Source: Promethearchaeota archaeon
GTDB lineage: Archaea; Asgardarchaeota; Lokiarchaeia; Sigyniarchaeales; SOKP01
Length of the DNA: 38,995 bases
Reading direction: 5' to 3'
Assembly: GCA_011364975.1 (NCBI GenBank)
Contig: RDOE01000028.1
Coordinates: 1-38,995, forward strand
The notes under the pieces are model-generated. The model was not told the origin of the DNA and ran no database searches. It was given only the letters and a program-made list of their open reading frames with translations. Shown here in pieces: positions 28,485 to 38,287 of the stretch. A program made the translations under genes and the position numbers. The stretch's first letter is position 1, and each line of letters begins with the position of its first letter.

Positions 28485-30764
28485 ATGAAGCGTAATAATG
28501 AAATGTGTTTGTTTAAAATTAATTTAAATGCGCGTTATAAGGATCTATTCTTAATTAGATTAGCAAAATTACATGGAGTTCATATTAAGAAAAAAAGTGA
28601 AGAAATTTCCTCAAAAACTACTGATGAAGAAATAGTTTATAAGGAAAAACTTAAGAATTTACGATCAGATTTAGATAATCTATTTAAAAAGCTTGATATC
28701 AAAGAAAATGATTTATACAGTCTAAAAATAAAGGAATCTGCAAAAATAAAATACATCGCAAAAGATTCACATGAAATAATTAATCATTTATTGGAAGATA
28801 TTAACTTTTATACCAATCGTTATAATGAATTAGAAAAATATATTGCGAATACAAAAATAGAACTGGAAAAGATTATAAATATTAAAAATACATATGAATT
28901 TCTCGAGGAAATCGATCTAACTCGAGATAATTTATCTCAATTAAAGAATTTAAATTTTGAAGTTTATACTACTTTTACAAAAAATATTAGCATTTTAAGA
29001 AGCGTTTTTGATTTTAAAGATATTCCAAACCTTATTTATATAAAAGAAATCTCAAGTGACAGAACTGCCTTTTTCATTTTTTATCCAAAAGATCATGTTA
29101 ATATCGTAAGGGAAAGAATTAGTCTTATACATGCTGAGGAAGTCCCTATTTTAAGAAAATTTCTTCTTTCTTCTGGTATTAATTTTAAACGCATTAATAA
29201 CGAGCTTGAACTATTAGAAAATTATCTGAGTAAATATGAAAATGAATTGCAACGAATAAGACATGACAATTTATTAAAGTTTGCCTCCATTAACGAGGTA
29301 ATATCTAATCTTGAGGAATATAACTGGGCTGCTAGCCAATTTGAAGAAATAACACTAGATCGATTAAGTTATAAATTTTTTGCTCTTCAAGGATTTAAAA
29401 AGCAGATATTCAAAGAATTAACCTCCACATTTAAAGATGAAATTATGATTGAGGTATATAATATTGAAAAAGGAGGGAAAATTACAAAAGAGCAGAATTT
29501 AGAACGAAAACCTACAAAACTTAAGAAGAAGGAAAAAGAAGTAGATGAAGAAGCTAGAAAAGAGGATTCCAAGGAAAGTTGGGATGGATTACAGGAAGAA
29601 ACTCCTACCATGATGTCTCATAATCCTATATTTAGACCATTCGAGACCTTGACAAAAATGTATGGTACGCCTTCTTACTCCGAGATAGATCCAACTGCTT
29701 TTCTGTTTTTCACGTTTCCATTTCTATTTGGAATTATGTTTGGGGATATTGGACATGGATTTGTTTTAGTGTTATCTGGTTTAATTGGAGCTATAGCCTT
29801 CAGAAAGCGGAGTGGAGGTATTTATAATTTTAGTTGGATAATCTTTTGGTGTGGTTGTTGGGCAATGTTAGGAGGGTTACTATATGGAGAATTCTTCGGT
29901 ACCGAAGAGATTTTAGGAATTTCATTAAATCCTATACCTATACCCCTTCCTTTTGGTGGCTCTTTAGTATTATATAATCCTTTGAATAATGTGACTACTG
30001 TGTTTTTTGTAACTATATTTGTGGGGATCTTTCATATGAATTTAGGATGGCTCATCCAAATGGTCAATTTTATAAAATCCTCTAAAAAATATAAGGCATT
30101 TACAGAATCACTCATGAAAATATTCTTTTTAGATGGTGCTTTTTATCTAGTTTTGATATATCGATTTAATTTTAGTGCATGGTTAGCGCCCCCGTTTCCA
30201 CCTGTTCTGTTTCCGTTAATTCCTGGTCTTTTATTGATTATTTTAAAACCTTTAGGGAAGATTTTTGGGATTTCCTATATAAAGAAAATGACTTATGGCG
30301 AATTATTAAGTGAGGGATCTATGGATACTTTTGAAACAATACTGTCCGTGCCAAGTAATATCCTCTCGTATATCCGATTATTAGCTTTAGCATTAGCTCA
30401 CGTATCCCTAATGTTAGCTATCCAAGCTATGATTTCAATTATCCCTGGAGAAGGTATTTTTGTTCAAATTATAGTGATAATTGGGTTAACATTTGGTAAT
30501 ATTGTTGTTATTTTATTAGAAGGAGTATTAGTATTTCTAAATGCGCTGAGGTTGAATTTTTATGAATTCTTTTTCAAATTTTATGAAGGTAGAGGAATAG
30601 ATTTTGTACCCTTTATTTTAGAAGAGCGATATTCTACTATTACGTTTGAATTTGAACAAAGGAAAGATGTTATTTCCTCAGAAATTGAAAAAGAAATTGA
30701 AAGTGAAAAGATTCGTACCGAAATTGAAAAAACTAAGAATTATATTACTAATGAATATCTTTAA
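28485..30764 (+). CDS. atpI: A/V-type ATPase membrane subunit I (a)
   Basis: YGTPSYSEIDPT, FGIMFGDIGHG, SYIRLLALALAH with the essential Arg, LRLNFYEFF. Confidence 0.95.
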   Translation: MKRNNEMCLFKINLNARYKDLFLIRLAKLHGVHIKKKSEEISSKTTDEEIVYKEKLKNLRSDLDNLFKKLDIKENDLYSLKIKESAKIKYIAKDSHEIINHLLEDINFYTNRYNELEKYIANTKIELEKIINIKNTYEFLEEIDLTRDNLSQLKNLNFEVYTTFTKNISILRSVFDFKDIPNLIYIKEISSDRTAFFIFYPKDHVNIVRERISLIHAEEVPILRKFLLSSGINFKRINNELELLENYLSKYENELQRIRHDNLLKFASINEVISNLEEYNWAASQFEEITLDRLSYKFFALQGFKKQIFKELTSTFKDEIMIEVYNIEKGGKITKEQNLERKPTKLKKKEKEVDEEARKEDSKESWDGLQEETPTMMSHNPIFRPFETLTKMYGTPSYSEIDPTAFLFFTFPFLFGIMFGDIGHGFVLVLSGLIGAIAFRKRSGGIYNFSWIIFWCGCWAMLGGLLYGEFFGTEEILGISLNPIPIPLPFGGSLVLYNPLNNVTTVFFVTIFVGIFHMNLGWLIQMVNFIKSSKKYKAFTESLMKIFFLDGAFYLVLIYRFNFSAWLAPPFPPVLFPLIPGLLLIILKPLGKIFGISYIKKMTYGELLSEGSMDTFETILSVPSNILSYIRLLALALAHVSLMLAIQAMISIIPGEGIFVQIIVIIGLTFGNIVVILLEGVLVFLNALRLNFYEFFFKFYEGRGIDFVPFILEERYSTITFEFEQRKDVISSEIEKEIESEKIRTEIEKTKNYITNEYL

Positions 30765-30791
30765 CAGAAAATTAAATAACCCAAATTAAAT

Positions 30792-31199
30792 ATGAATGAC
30801 ATTTTTTATAATAAAAGGTTCACACGTCTGCAAATTTTCATCCGATTAGTTTTTTTAGTAATTTATCTCATAGTTCTTTATATATTTTATTGGATTTTAA
30901 TAGATTTAGGGACATATCCTTTTGTAGCAATTTTAATTTTAATCTTTGCATTATTACTTTTCTTAGGAATCTTACTTAAAAAAAAAGGAAAGTCATTATT
31001 TTCACGATTTAGACGAAAATCCCCAAATCTCTCCGATCGTTATAAAACTGAAAAACCTCGGGTAAGGAGAGTTGATCTTATTACTCTAGATACAAAATAT
31101 CGAAAACCTATAGTGCGAAAATGCCCTAATTGTGGGATACAATTAGCAGGTTTCGTTAAAAAATGCCCAAATTGCGGGGAAGAAATGTTGAAGACTTAA
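30792..31199 (+). CDS. Two-TM membrane protein with C-terminal zinc ribbon
   Basis: Two hydrophobic helices, basic linker, CPNC-x10-CPNC. Confidence 0.75.
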   Translation: MNDIFYNKRFTRLQIFIRLVFLVIYLIVLYIFYWILIDLGTYPFVAILILIFALLLFLGILLKKKGKSLFSRFRRKSPNLSDRYKTEKPRVRRVDLITLDTKYRKPIVRKCPNCGIQLAGFVKKCPNCGEEMLKT

Positions 31200-31240
31200 A
31201 GAAAAATATAAAATTTAATATAACAAATTATTTTCAAGAT

Positions 31241-33043
31241 ATGAAATCTAAAGGTTATATCTCTGGGATTAAGGGCTCTTTAATTGAAATCAAAGGGTTA
31301 GAAAACCAAATACGATTATTTGATTTAGTAAAGATAACTAAAAGAAATATTTTAAGCGAAGTTATTCAAATACATAAGGATTATGTGGTTGCTCAATGTT
31401 TTGAAGATACATTAAATTTAACGTTAAATGAAGAAGTTACAAATCTGCATGAACCATTATCAATGGAGTTGGCTCCTGGATTATTGTCACACATTTTTGA
31501 CGGAATCCAAAGACCCTTAGAAGATGTTTATTCCACACTTAATGATTGTACTTTACAAAAAGGGATAGAATTCCAACCCTTATCCAAAGAAAAAAAATGG
31601 CATTTTGTACCTAAGAAGAGAGAAGGTGATGTTGTTTATCCCGGAGATGTAATAGGAATTGTACAAGAAACCCCAGTAATAGTTCATAAAATAATGTTAC
31701 CATATAATATGGAGGGAATGATAACCAGTATTGTTAAAGAAGGACATTATACGATTGTTGAGGAAATATATCGGGTAAAGTCAAATCAAAAGGAGAATGT
31801 TTTTTGTATGCTTCAAAAAACACCTATAACTAAACGACGGCCTTTTAAAAAAAAGATAGATCCTAAAGAACCATTACTTACTGGAATCAGAATGATTGAT
31901 TTATTATTTCCTGTTGCAAAAGGGGGAACAATAGCAATTCCAGGAGGTTTTGGAACAGGTAAAACGGTTATCCAAGAATGTATATCTAAATTTTGTAATG
32001 CGGATATTGTTGTGTTTATTGGATGTGGAGAACCGGGAAATGAAATAGCTAATATTTTGAAGCAATTTTCAGAAACAATAGATTCGAGGAATGGACGTCC
32101 TTTATTAGAACATATTGTATTAGTTGTAAATACATCAAATATGCCTGTTTCTGCGCGTGAAGCAAGTCTGTTCTCAGGCATAACTATAGGTGAATATTAT
32201 CGAGATATGGGTTATGATGTTGCTGTAATTGTTGATAGTATATCGAGATGGGCAGAATCTTTAAGAGAAATATCAAGTTTATTGGAAGAAATGCCTGCCG
32301 AAGAGGGGTATCCTGCCTATTTATCCTCAAAACTTTCTAGTTTTTATGAACGCGCAGGAGTGGTAAAAGTTTTAGGTCATGACTACAATGATCAAGAAAT
32401 AAATGGTTCTCTCACTATAATCAGTTCTATATCACCTCCAGGAGGAGATTTAAATGAACCAGTGACAGCCGCTTCAAAAAGAGTGGTACAAGGGATCTGG
32501 GTTTTAGACGCTCGCTTAGCATATTTAAAGCAATATCCTGCTTTAGATTGGCTAAATTCTTATTCAAATTATCCAGAATACATTTCCGAATGGTGGAGGA
32601 GTAAAACTATTGAATGGCAAGCCCTAGATTTCGATTGGTTCGAATGCCGAAAAAGGGTTAATGAATTATTAGCTAAGGAGAATGAATTTCTATTAGCTTA
32701 TCAATTAACAGGAGAACTTGATTTATTAGATTATCAGAAATTCAATGTTTTTATGGCGCGACTATTAAGAAATACTTTCTTAAATCAAAATGCATTTGAT
32801 AAAATCGATAATTTTACTGATTTCAACAAATTAATTCTTTTAATTAAACTAATTTTGATTATAGATCAAGAGGGAAGAGCCTTAATGAATAAAGGGTTAT
32901 TCTTTGACCAAAGTTGTTTTAATAAAGTTATTAATATTATTAAAGCGACAAATATGACAATATCTAATGATCAATTTGAGAAAATAATACAAATGAAGGA
33001 TGAAGTTTTAGAGGGATGTTTGAGATTAATGTTTCCTTCGTAA
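31241..33043 (+). CDS. atpA: Second A/V-type ATPase subunit A paralog with altered catalytic motif
   Basis: Colinear with 24597-26432; GGFGTGKT intact, but GCGEPGNE replaces GCGERGNE. ATG at 31241 aligns with the paralog N-terminus. Confidence 0.9.
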   Translation: MKSKGYISGIKGSLIEIKGLENQIRLFDLVKITKRNILSEVIQIHKDYVVAQCFEDTLNLTLNEEVTNLHEPLSMELAPGLLSHIFDGIQRPLEDVYSTLNDCTLQKGIEFQPLSKEKKWHFVPKKREGDVVYPGDVIGIVQETPVIVHKIMLPYNMEGMITSIVKEGHYTIVEEIYRVKSNQKENVFCMLQKTPITKRRPFKKKIDPKEPLLTGIRMIDLLFPVAKGGTIAIPGGFGTGKTVIQECISKFCNADIVVFIGCGEPGNEIANILKQFSETIDSRNGRPLLEHIVLVVNTSNMPVSAREASLFSGITIGEYYRDMGYDVAVIVDSISRWAESLREISSLLEEMPAEEGYPAYLSSKLSSFYERAGVVKVLGHDYNDQEINGSLTIISSISPPGGDLNEPVTAASKRVVQGIWVLDARLAYLKQYPALDWLNSYSNYPEYISEWWRSKTIEWQALDFDWFECRKRVNELLAKENEFLLAYQLTGELDLLDYQKFNVFMARLLRNTFLNQNAFDKIDNFTDFNKLILLIKLILIIDQEGRALMNKGLFFDQSCFNKVINIIKATNMTISNDQFEKIIQMKDEVLEGCLRLMFPS

Positions 33044-33131
33044 GAATCCAAATAAAGAATCGAAAAATACGTATTAAATATTGTTTTAAATAATAACGAA
33101 CTTCCCCTTGTATTTTAGAATAATTGGCTCT

Positions 33132-33734
33132 TTAAGGTTTAAACCACTCAAAGAAGTAATAAGTAATTGTTAAAGGATTAGCAATTACAAACTTTTTTCT
33201 AACAGAGGTTGCTAAGCGCCCAGCGCGTACCATATCAATAGCAGATATCTTGGCATCATGAGGAAGTACATGAACAATAAAAGGAGAATGCTCTAAACCA
33301 GGACCCCTTTTATATACTACAAAATCTGCTCCAAATTTTAGACCAGGTCTTGGAATATAACCTTTTTCTCTTAAATCTTGATATATTATAAATTTCTCTT
33401 CAAATTTGTGATGAATTTTCTTCCCAATTTCATAAAAATCATCGGGTGTTAGAGATTTATTTTGTTGTGGGTCAAAAAGGGTGATCCTGTCATTCTTTAA
33501 TAAGTAATATGCTTCTATTACAGATAACTCCGAAGGTTTTGAAAAGTATTCTAATCTTGGTTTACTTATACCCAAAGGGGACCCAAAAAAACCTTTTTTA
33601 ACATATAAATAAGAGGCATATAACGGATTGAATATAATCACTCTATTATTAACAAATTTAGCGGGTATTTTATCTGGAATATCCGATTCATCAATATTTT
33701 CTAAAGAGATCTGAATAGTTTTTTCTTGATCCAT
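33132..33734 (-). CDS. endA: tRNA splicing endonuclease, catalytic (alpha) subunit
   Basis: LSVIEAYYL, YQDLREKGY, GLKFGADFVVY...EHS, RLATSVRK containing the Tyr/His/Lys triad; single unit of 200 aa. Confidence 0.95.
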   Translation of the reverse strand: MDQEKTIQISLENIDESDIPDKIPAKFVNNRVIIFNPLYASYLYVKKGFFGSPLGISKPRLEYFSKPSELSVIEAYYLLKNDRITLFDPQQNKSLTPDDFYEIGKKIHHKFEEKFIIYQDLREKGYIPRPGLKFGADFVVYKRGPGLEHSPFIVHVLPHDAKISAIDMVRAGRLATSVRKKFVIANPLTITYYFFEWFKP

Positions 33735-33891
33735 TACTCTAGAAATATTAATTGTGTCTTAATAATTCTTTTATAACGAATTTTACTTAACTCGTGGTAT
33801 AATTATTAGACGAATTAAAATTATAAAAACCAGTGAATAATTTTATTAATTAATAAATTGATAGTTAAAGAAATTACTAGGGTGAATTTTT

Positions 33892-34767
33892 ATGAATATT
33901 AGACGTATGGTAAATGCAGGGTCGTGGTATCCACGAAATGAAAATGACTTAGTCCAAATGTTACAAGAATTCATGAAAGATAAGGAATTTGGACCTGGCA
34001 AAGAATTAAAAACAAAAGGTTTACCAGAAAGAAAAATTATAGGAGGTGTATCTCCCCATGCTGGTATGTATTATTCGGGGGCGTGTGCAATTTGTACTTA
34101 TCTAACCTTATTTGAAGAAAAAATACCAGATACAGTAATTGTAATTGGATTTGATCATCGTAATTATTTCCCGGATTGTTTATTAGAGGAAGGAGAATGG
34201 GAGACGCCATTAGGGAATTTAAAAGTAGACAGCGAATTAGCAAAAAGTATATTAGATGACTGTAAAAGCTTAGTTGCTAAAAGTTCTGCTTTTATTGGGA
34301 GTAGTGAAAATAGTTTAGAGCTTCAGATGCCGATTATAAAATATTTTGCTGGAGATAATGATGTAAAAATCGTCCCAATTAAAATATCATCTCATGAATA
34401 TCCAGTTTTGGAAAAAATTGCTAATGAATTAACAGCTTTGATTCAAAAAGTAAATAAGGATATCGTGATTGTAGCATCATCGGACCTTTATCATGAACAT
34501 GTTTATAATGAGCAAGAATTGCTAAAATTCAAAAAGAAGGATGAGAATGTCATAAATAACTTTATTAAATTAAGAGCACATGATATTTTTGACTTAGGAA
34601 TGCGAGCTACAGTTTGCGGGCGTCATACAATTACTTTAGTCTTGTTGATTGGTACAAAACTGGGAGCTAAAGAAGGTAATTGTTTAAAGCATTATACAAG
34701 TATTGAAAGGACAAAAGAATTTGGGTATTGTGTCGGTTATTTCTCAGGAGTTATAACGAAATTATAA
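33892..34767 (+). CDS. MEMO1 family protein (AmmeMemoRadiSam B)
   Basis: AGSWYP, VSPHAGMYYSG, WETPLG, ENSLELQMP, ASSDLYH, TVCG, VGY. Confidence 0.9.
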   Translation: MNIRRMVNAGSWYPRNENDLVQMLQEFMKDKEFGPGKELKTKGLPERKIIGGVSPHAGMYYSGACAICTYLTLFEEKIPDTVIVIGFDHRNYFPDCLLEEGEWETPLGNLKVDSELAKSILDDCKSLVAKSSAFIGSSENSLELQMPIIKYFAGDNDVKIVPIKISSHEYPVLEKIANELTALIQKVNKDIVIVASSDLYHEHVYNEQELLKFKKKDENVINNFIKLRAHDIFDLGMRATVCGRHTITLVLLIGTKLGAKEGNCLKHYTSIERTKEFGYCVGYFSGVITKL

Positions 34768-34813
34768 ATTTTCGATTAATTTAAATGGAATTAATATATA
34801 CATTAAAATAGTT

Positions 34814-35893
34814 ATGCCAGAAGAAAATGAAAAGATAGAGGATTTCATTAGCCTATGGAAGAAAAAAATCGCTTCTGAAAATAAACCCTCCGCTATTGGT
34901 GATTCTTTAAATAAAATTGAAGATTTACAAAAAGAAAATGAAATTTTAAAGTTGAAAATTGCAGAAAATCTGCAGTTAATAACAAAATCAGAAGAGATTT
35001 TAAATTCTGCTATACAAGAAAAAGAAAAATTAAAATTAGAAAAAGAAGAGGCTCTCACAGATGCTACATTTAGAATTAACGAATTACAACAAGAAAATGT
35101 GAATCTTAGTAATAAAGTAAATAGTATGGTTAATCTATTACAAGAAAAAGATAAAAGTATCTCCCAGTTTCAAAATACTCAAATTCCAATAAAAGCCACT
35201 CAAGTAAATTTAAATAATACTATAGTTGAGGAGCTAAAGGGAGAATTATCCAAAAAAAATACTCATATACAAGCTCTTGAGGAGAAGATCAAGGGTTTAC
35301 AACTTGAAAATGAAAATTTAAGTAAGCAAATGATTGAAAAAATGAAGAGTTTGCCTGTAGATTATGTTCTACCAGTAGTTACAACCCAAAGCACCATTAT
35401 TAAACCACCTTCATCTGAAGGAGCATCTCTGCCTCTTGAAACGCTATGCCAAGATTTACAAACTGATTTGAATAAATATAAAAAAATTGTAGAAAAACTT
35501 ACCGAAGAGAAATCTCAATTAAAAAAATCTTTAGAAGAGAAAGGAATTCAATTTAATGCTTCAGATCTTGAAGTATTGAAAAATGAAAATGAAATTTTAA
35601 AGCAGGATCTTGAGAAAATTCAACAATCGCTTAAAAATAAGGAGATAGAAATATCCCAAGTAGCTATGCGACAAGTAGAAGATAAAATTATGGATCTTGA
35701 GAGCAAATTAAGCGAAAAAGAAATTATCATTACTGAATTAAAGTTATCTCAACCAAACCAAACTCTGGCTTCTTCAGGTACGATGTCTGGTTTAATTGAA
35801 AATCTGCAGAATCAAATTAATAAATTGAAAATCTTGGTTAAAGAAAAAGATCAAAAAATTGTTGAATTGAGTAATGAGTTAAATAAAAGATAA
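34814..35893 (+). CDS. Segmented coiled-coil hypothetical protein
   Basis: E/K/L/Q-rich heptads broken by short P/S/T linkers. Confidence 0.75.
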   Translation: MPEENEKIEDFISLWKKKIASENKPSAIGDSLNKIEDLQKENEILKLKIAENLQLITKSEEILNSAIQEKEKLKLEKEEALTDATFRINELQQENVNLSNKVNSMVNLLQEKDKSISQFQNTQIPIKATQVNLNNTIVEELKGELSKKNTHIQALEEKIKGLQLENENLSKQMIEKMKSLPVDYVLPVVTTQSTIIKPPSSEGASLPLETLCQDLQTDLNKYKKIVEKLTEEKSQLKKSLEEKGIQFNASDLEVLKNENEILKQDLEKIQQSLKNKEIEISQVAMRQVEDKIMDLESKLSEKEIIITELKLSQPNQTLASSGTMSGLIENLQNQINKLKILVKEKDQKIVELSNELNKR

Positions 35894-36019
35894 TTTTTTT
35901 AGAAAAACTATTGAATAATTTTCAGTTTCATTACTATTTAGTTATATTTTATTTTAAAAGCCTTTCTTTTGCTGGTTAAAGTAAATTTTATGTAGGATAA
36001 GAAATTATGAAACGAAAAT

Positions 36020-37000
36020 ATGTATAAATATAACTCAAAATTTATCTCAATATTATTTATTGGTCATTTAGCAATAGATAATATTATAAGGTTTAATAAA
36101 CCAAATACACCCTCATTGGGTGGAACTGTTACATTTGGTTCATTAGCTTTAAGAAATTATACAAAACATGTAAATATTGGAATAATATCAAATATTGGCA
36201 AAAAAAATTTTTATGCATCATTTATAAATAAGTTCAATAAGAAAAATATTGATCTGGATGGTATAAAATGGTCTGATTCCCTTAATACTAATTTTGTTCT
36301 GAATTATTTAGACCATTCAAGAATTTTAACCCTTAAATCTAAAAGCCCTAATTTAAATTTTGATGATATTCCAAATTTTTATAAGATAAATAAACCAGAT
36401 ATTATAGTATTAGCACCTTTATGTAATGAAATTTCCTATGAATATGTTTCCAGAATTGTTTTAGAATTTCCCAAATCATATATAGGAATTGATTTACAGG
36501 GATTTATAAGAAATATAAATGAAAAAGGTGAAGTTTCTTATATCTCGAATAAAGAATTGCTAGAAAAAGTGTATAATATTATTGAATTGATAGGTGATCG
36601 TTTAATATTAAAAGGTTCTGAAATTGAAATGAAATTATTAACTGGAAAAGAAAATTTAGGTGAGGTTATGGAATATTTTCAAAAGTTTAAAAATAAAGGT
36701 ATTTACATTATGACTTTAGGAGAGAATGGTTCTATGATTAAAAAAGAGGAGGCTCCCATAATAAGAGTTCCTGCATTCAAGCCTGTTGAGGTAATTGATG
36801 AAACTGGAGCAGGAGATGTTTATCTAGCCATTTTTCTTTATGAATTCATGACTTCTAATCGTTCTAGACATGATATTGAAGCATCAGCATATTTAGCTTC
36901 TGCTGCAGCTTCCTATTTAGTAGAAGAGAACGGTCCAGCGGGATTCCAGAGAAAAACCAAAGTTTTAAAAAGAGTAAATAGTAAAAATTATATAAATTGA
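36020..37000 (+). CDS. PfkB/ribokinase-family carbohydrate kinase
   Basis: IGHLAID, LGG, IDLQG, TLGENGS, DETGAGDVY. Confidence 0.9.
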   Translation: MYKYNSKFISILFIGHLAIDNIIRFNKPNTPSLGGTVTFGSLALRNYTKHVNIGIISNIGKKNFYASFINKFNKKNIDLDGIKWSDSLNTNFVLNYLDHSRILTLKSKSPNLNFDDIPNFYKINKPDIIVLAPLCNEISYEYVSRIVLEFPKSYIGIDLQGFIRNINEKGEVSYISNKELLEKVYNIIELIGDRLILKGSEIEMKLLTGKENLGEVMEYFQKFKNKGIYIMTLGENGSMIKKEEAPIIRVPAFKPVEVIDETGAGDVYLAIFLYEFMTSNRSRHDIEASAYLASAAASYLVEENGPAGFQRKTKVLKRVNSKNYIN

Positions 37001-37020
37001 TTTAGTTAAAACTATTTATC

Positions 37021-37626
37021 ATGCATATAAATAGTCATTTTGCTATAGGGATCATTTTTAGTTCTTTATTTCATTATTTCCTGAATTTTTCATTACTAAA
37101 TTTTACATTAACAGTAATATTTTCTTTTATTTGTGATTTTGATGTGTTTTTTTCACAATATGCTAAAGATCATAATCATAGAATGTTATTTTCCCATTCA
37201 ATTATTCCAAGTCTCCTTATAATAATAATAGGATTGCTAATTAATTGGCCTGTTCTATATCTAAGTGGATTTACATATGCAATCCATATTTTTATTGATA
37301 CTCTTGATTGGGGCACGAATTTTTTCTACTTCAATAAAAAGTTATTAGGATTGAAACTTCTTATAACTAAAGAAGAGTTAGAAAATTTACCTAATTATTT
37401 GATGAAATATCAAAAATCTGAATCTTTCTTTGATGCTAAATATTATACTAATAAATATTGTCTTGGTATTGAGTTTTTGTTATTTATATTAATGATTTTA
37501 TTTGTTTCTATGTTTGCTCTTGAATACATGTGGCTGATTGCTTTTTACTTTATTGGCTTGTACTTCCATTTATCAAGGCATTTTTTATTAAAGAAAATAG
37601 AAACCTCAAAAAATCCAAGTGACTAA
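37021..37626 (+). CDS. Membrane-bound metal-dependent hydrolase (YdjM-like)
   Basis: HxxxH, CDFD, HR..FSHS and HIFIDT motifs among hydrophobic helices. Confidence 0.7.
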   Translation: MHINSHFAIGIIFSSLFHYFLNFSLLNFTLTVIFSFICDFDVFFSQYAKDHNHRMLFSHSIIPSLLIIIIGLLINWPVLYLSGFTYAIHIFIDTLDWGTNFFYFNKKLLGLKLLITKEELENLPNYLMKYQKSESFFDAKYYTNKYCLGIEFLLFILMILFVSMFALEYMWLIAFYFIGLYFHLSRHFLLKKIETSKNPSD

Positions 37627-37745
37627 CCGTTAGAGAAGTAATATTTATTGGTTAAATTAAAAAGGTTTAAGAAGTAATCCAGTGTTTTTAATATAATAAT
37701 TATTAAAAATAACTCAAATAATAACAAATTAAAGAATTTATAAAA

Positions 37746-38183
37746 ATGTCTGATGAGATAAAAACCAAGGTTGGGATTAAATTAGAGGAAGAAATGATTT
37801 TTAAATGTGACCTGGGGACAATGAAAGTAAAAGATTGTTATATAGATGAAACTAATAAGGATGAAGTAGATATGCTTGGACCAAATCCCTCTAGAATGTT
37901 AGGGTTAGCTATTTTAGGGTGCTTAAGTGCAAGCTTTATATTTTGTTTAAAAAAAAGGGTTCTCTCACTTGATGATCTGAAAGCTATAGCAGAAGTGACT
38001 TTAGCTCGTAATGAAAAAGGTTTTTTAAGAGTCAAAAAGATTGATGTGAACATTGATACCATTATAAAAGATCCAGATGCGCGAAAAAGAGCGGAACAAT
38101 GTAAGAAAATGTTTGAAAATTATTGCACTGTAACTCAGAGTGTTAGAGACGGTATAAAAGTAGAGGTAAATCTTAATTTTTAA
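37746..38183 (+). CDS. OsmC/Ohr-like family protein
   Basis: GPNP..ML..A..GC and YCTVTQSV two-cysteine pattern. Confidence 0.85.
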   Translation: MSDEIKTKVGIKLEEEMIFKCDLGTMKVKDCYIDETNKDEVDMLGPNPSRMLGLAILGCLSASFIFCLKKRVLSLDDLKAIAEVTLARNEKGFLRVKKIDVNIDTIIKDPDARKRAEQCKKMFENYCTVTQSVRDGIKVEVNLNF

Positions 38184-38287
38184 TCTATAACCTATTGATT
38201 CTCTTATAATATATTCCAGAGATAGAAATACATGCCCCCTTTTTATTTTGTAGTTTATCAGTGAGAAACTACTTTAAGTAAAAACTT

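Noticed and set aside
31163-31240. 26-aa N-terminal extension of the second atpA
   Set aside because: Overlaps the zinc-ribbon gene; ATG at 31241 aligns with the paralog start.
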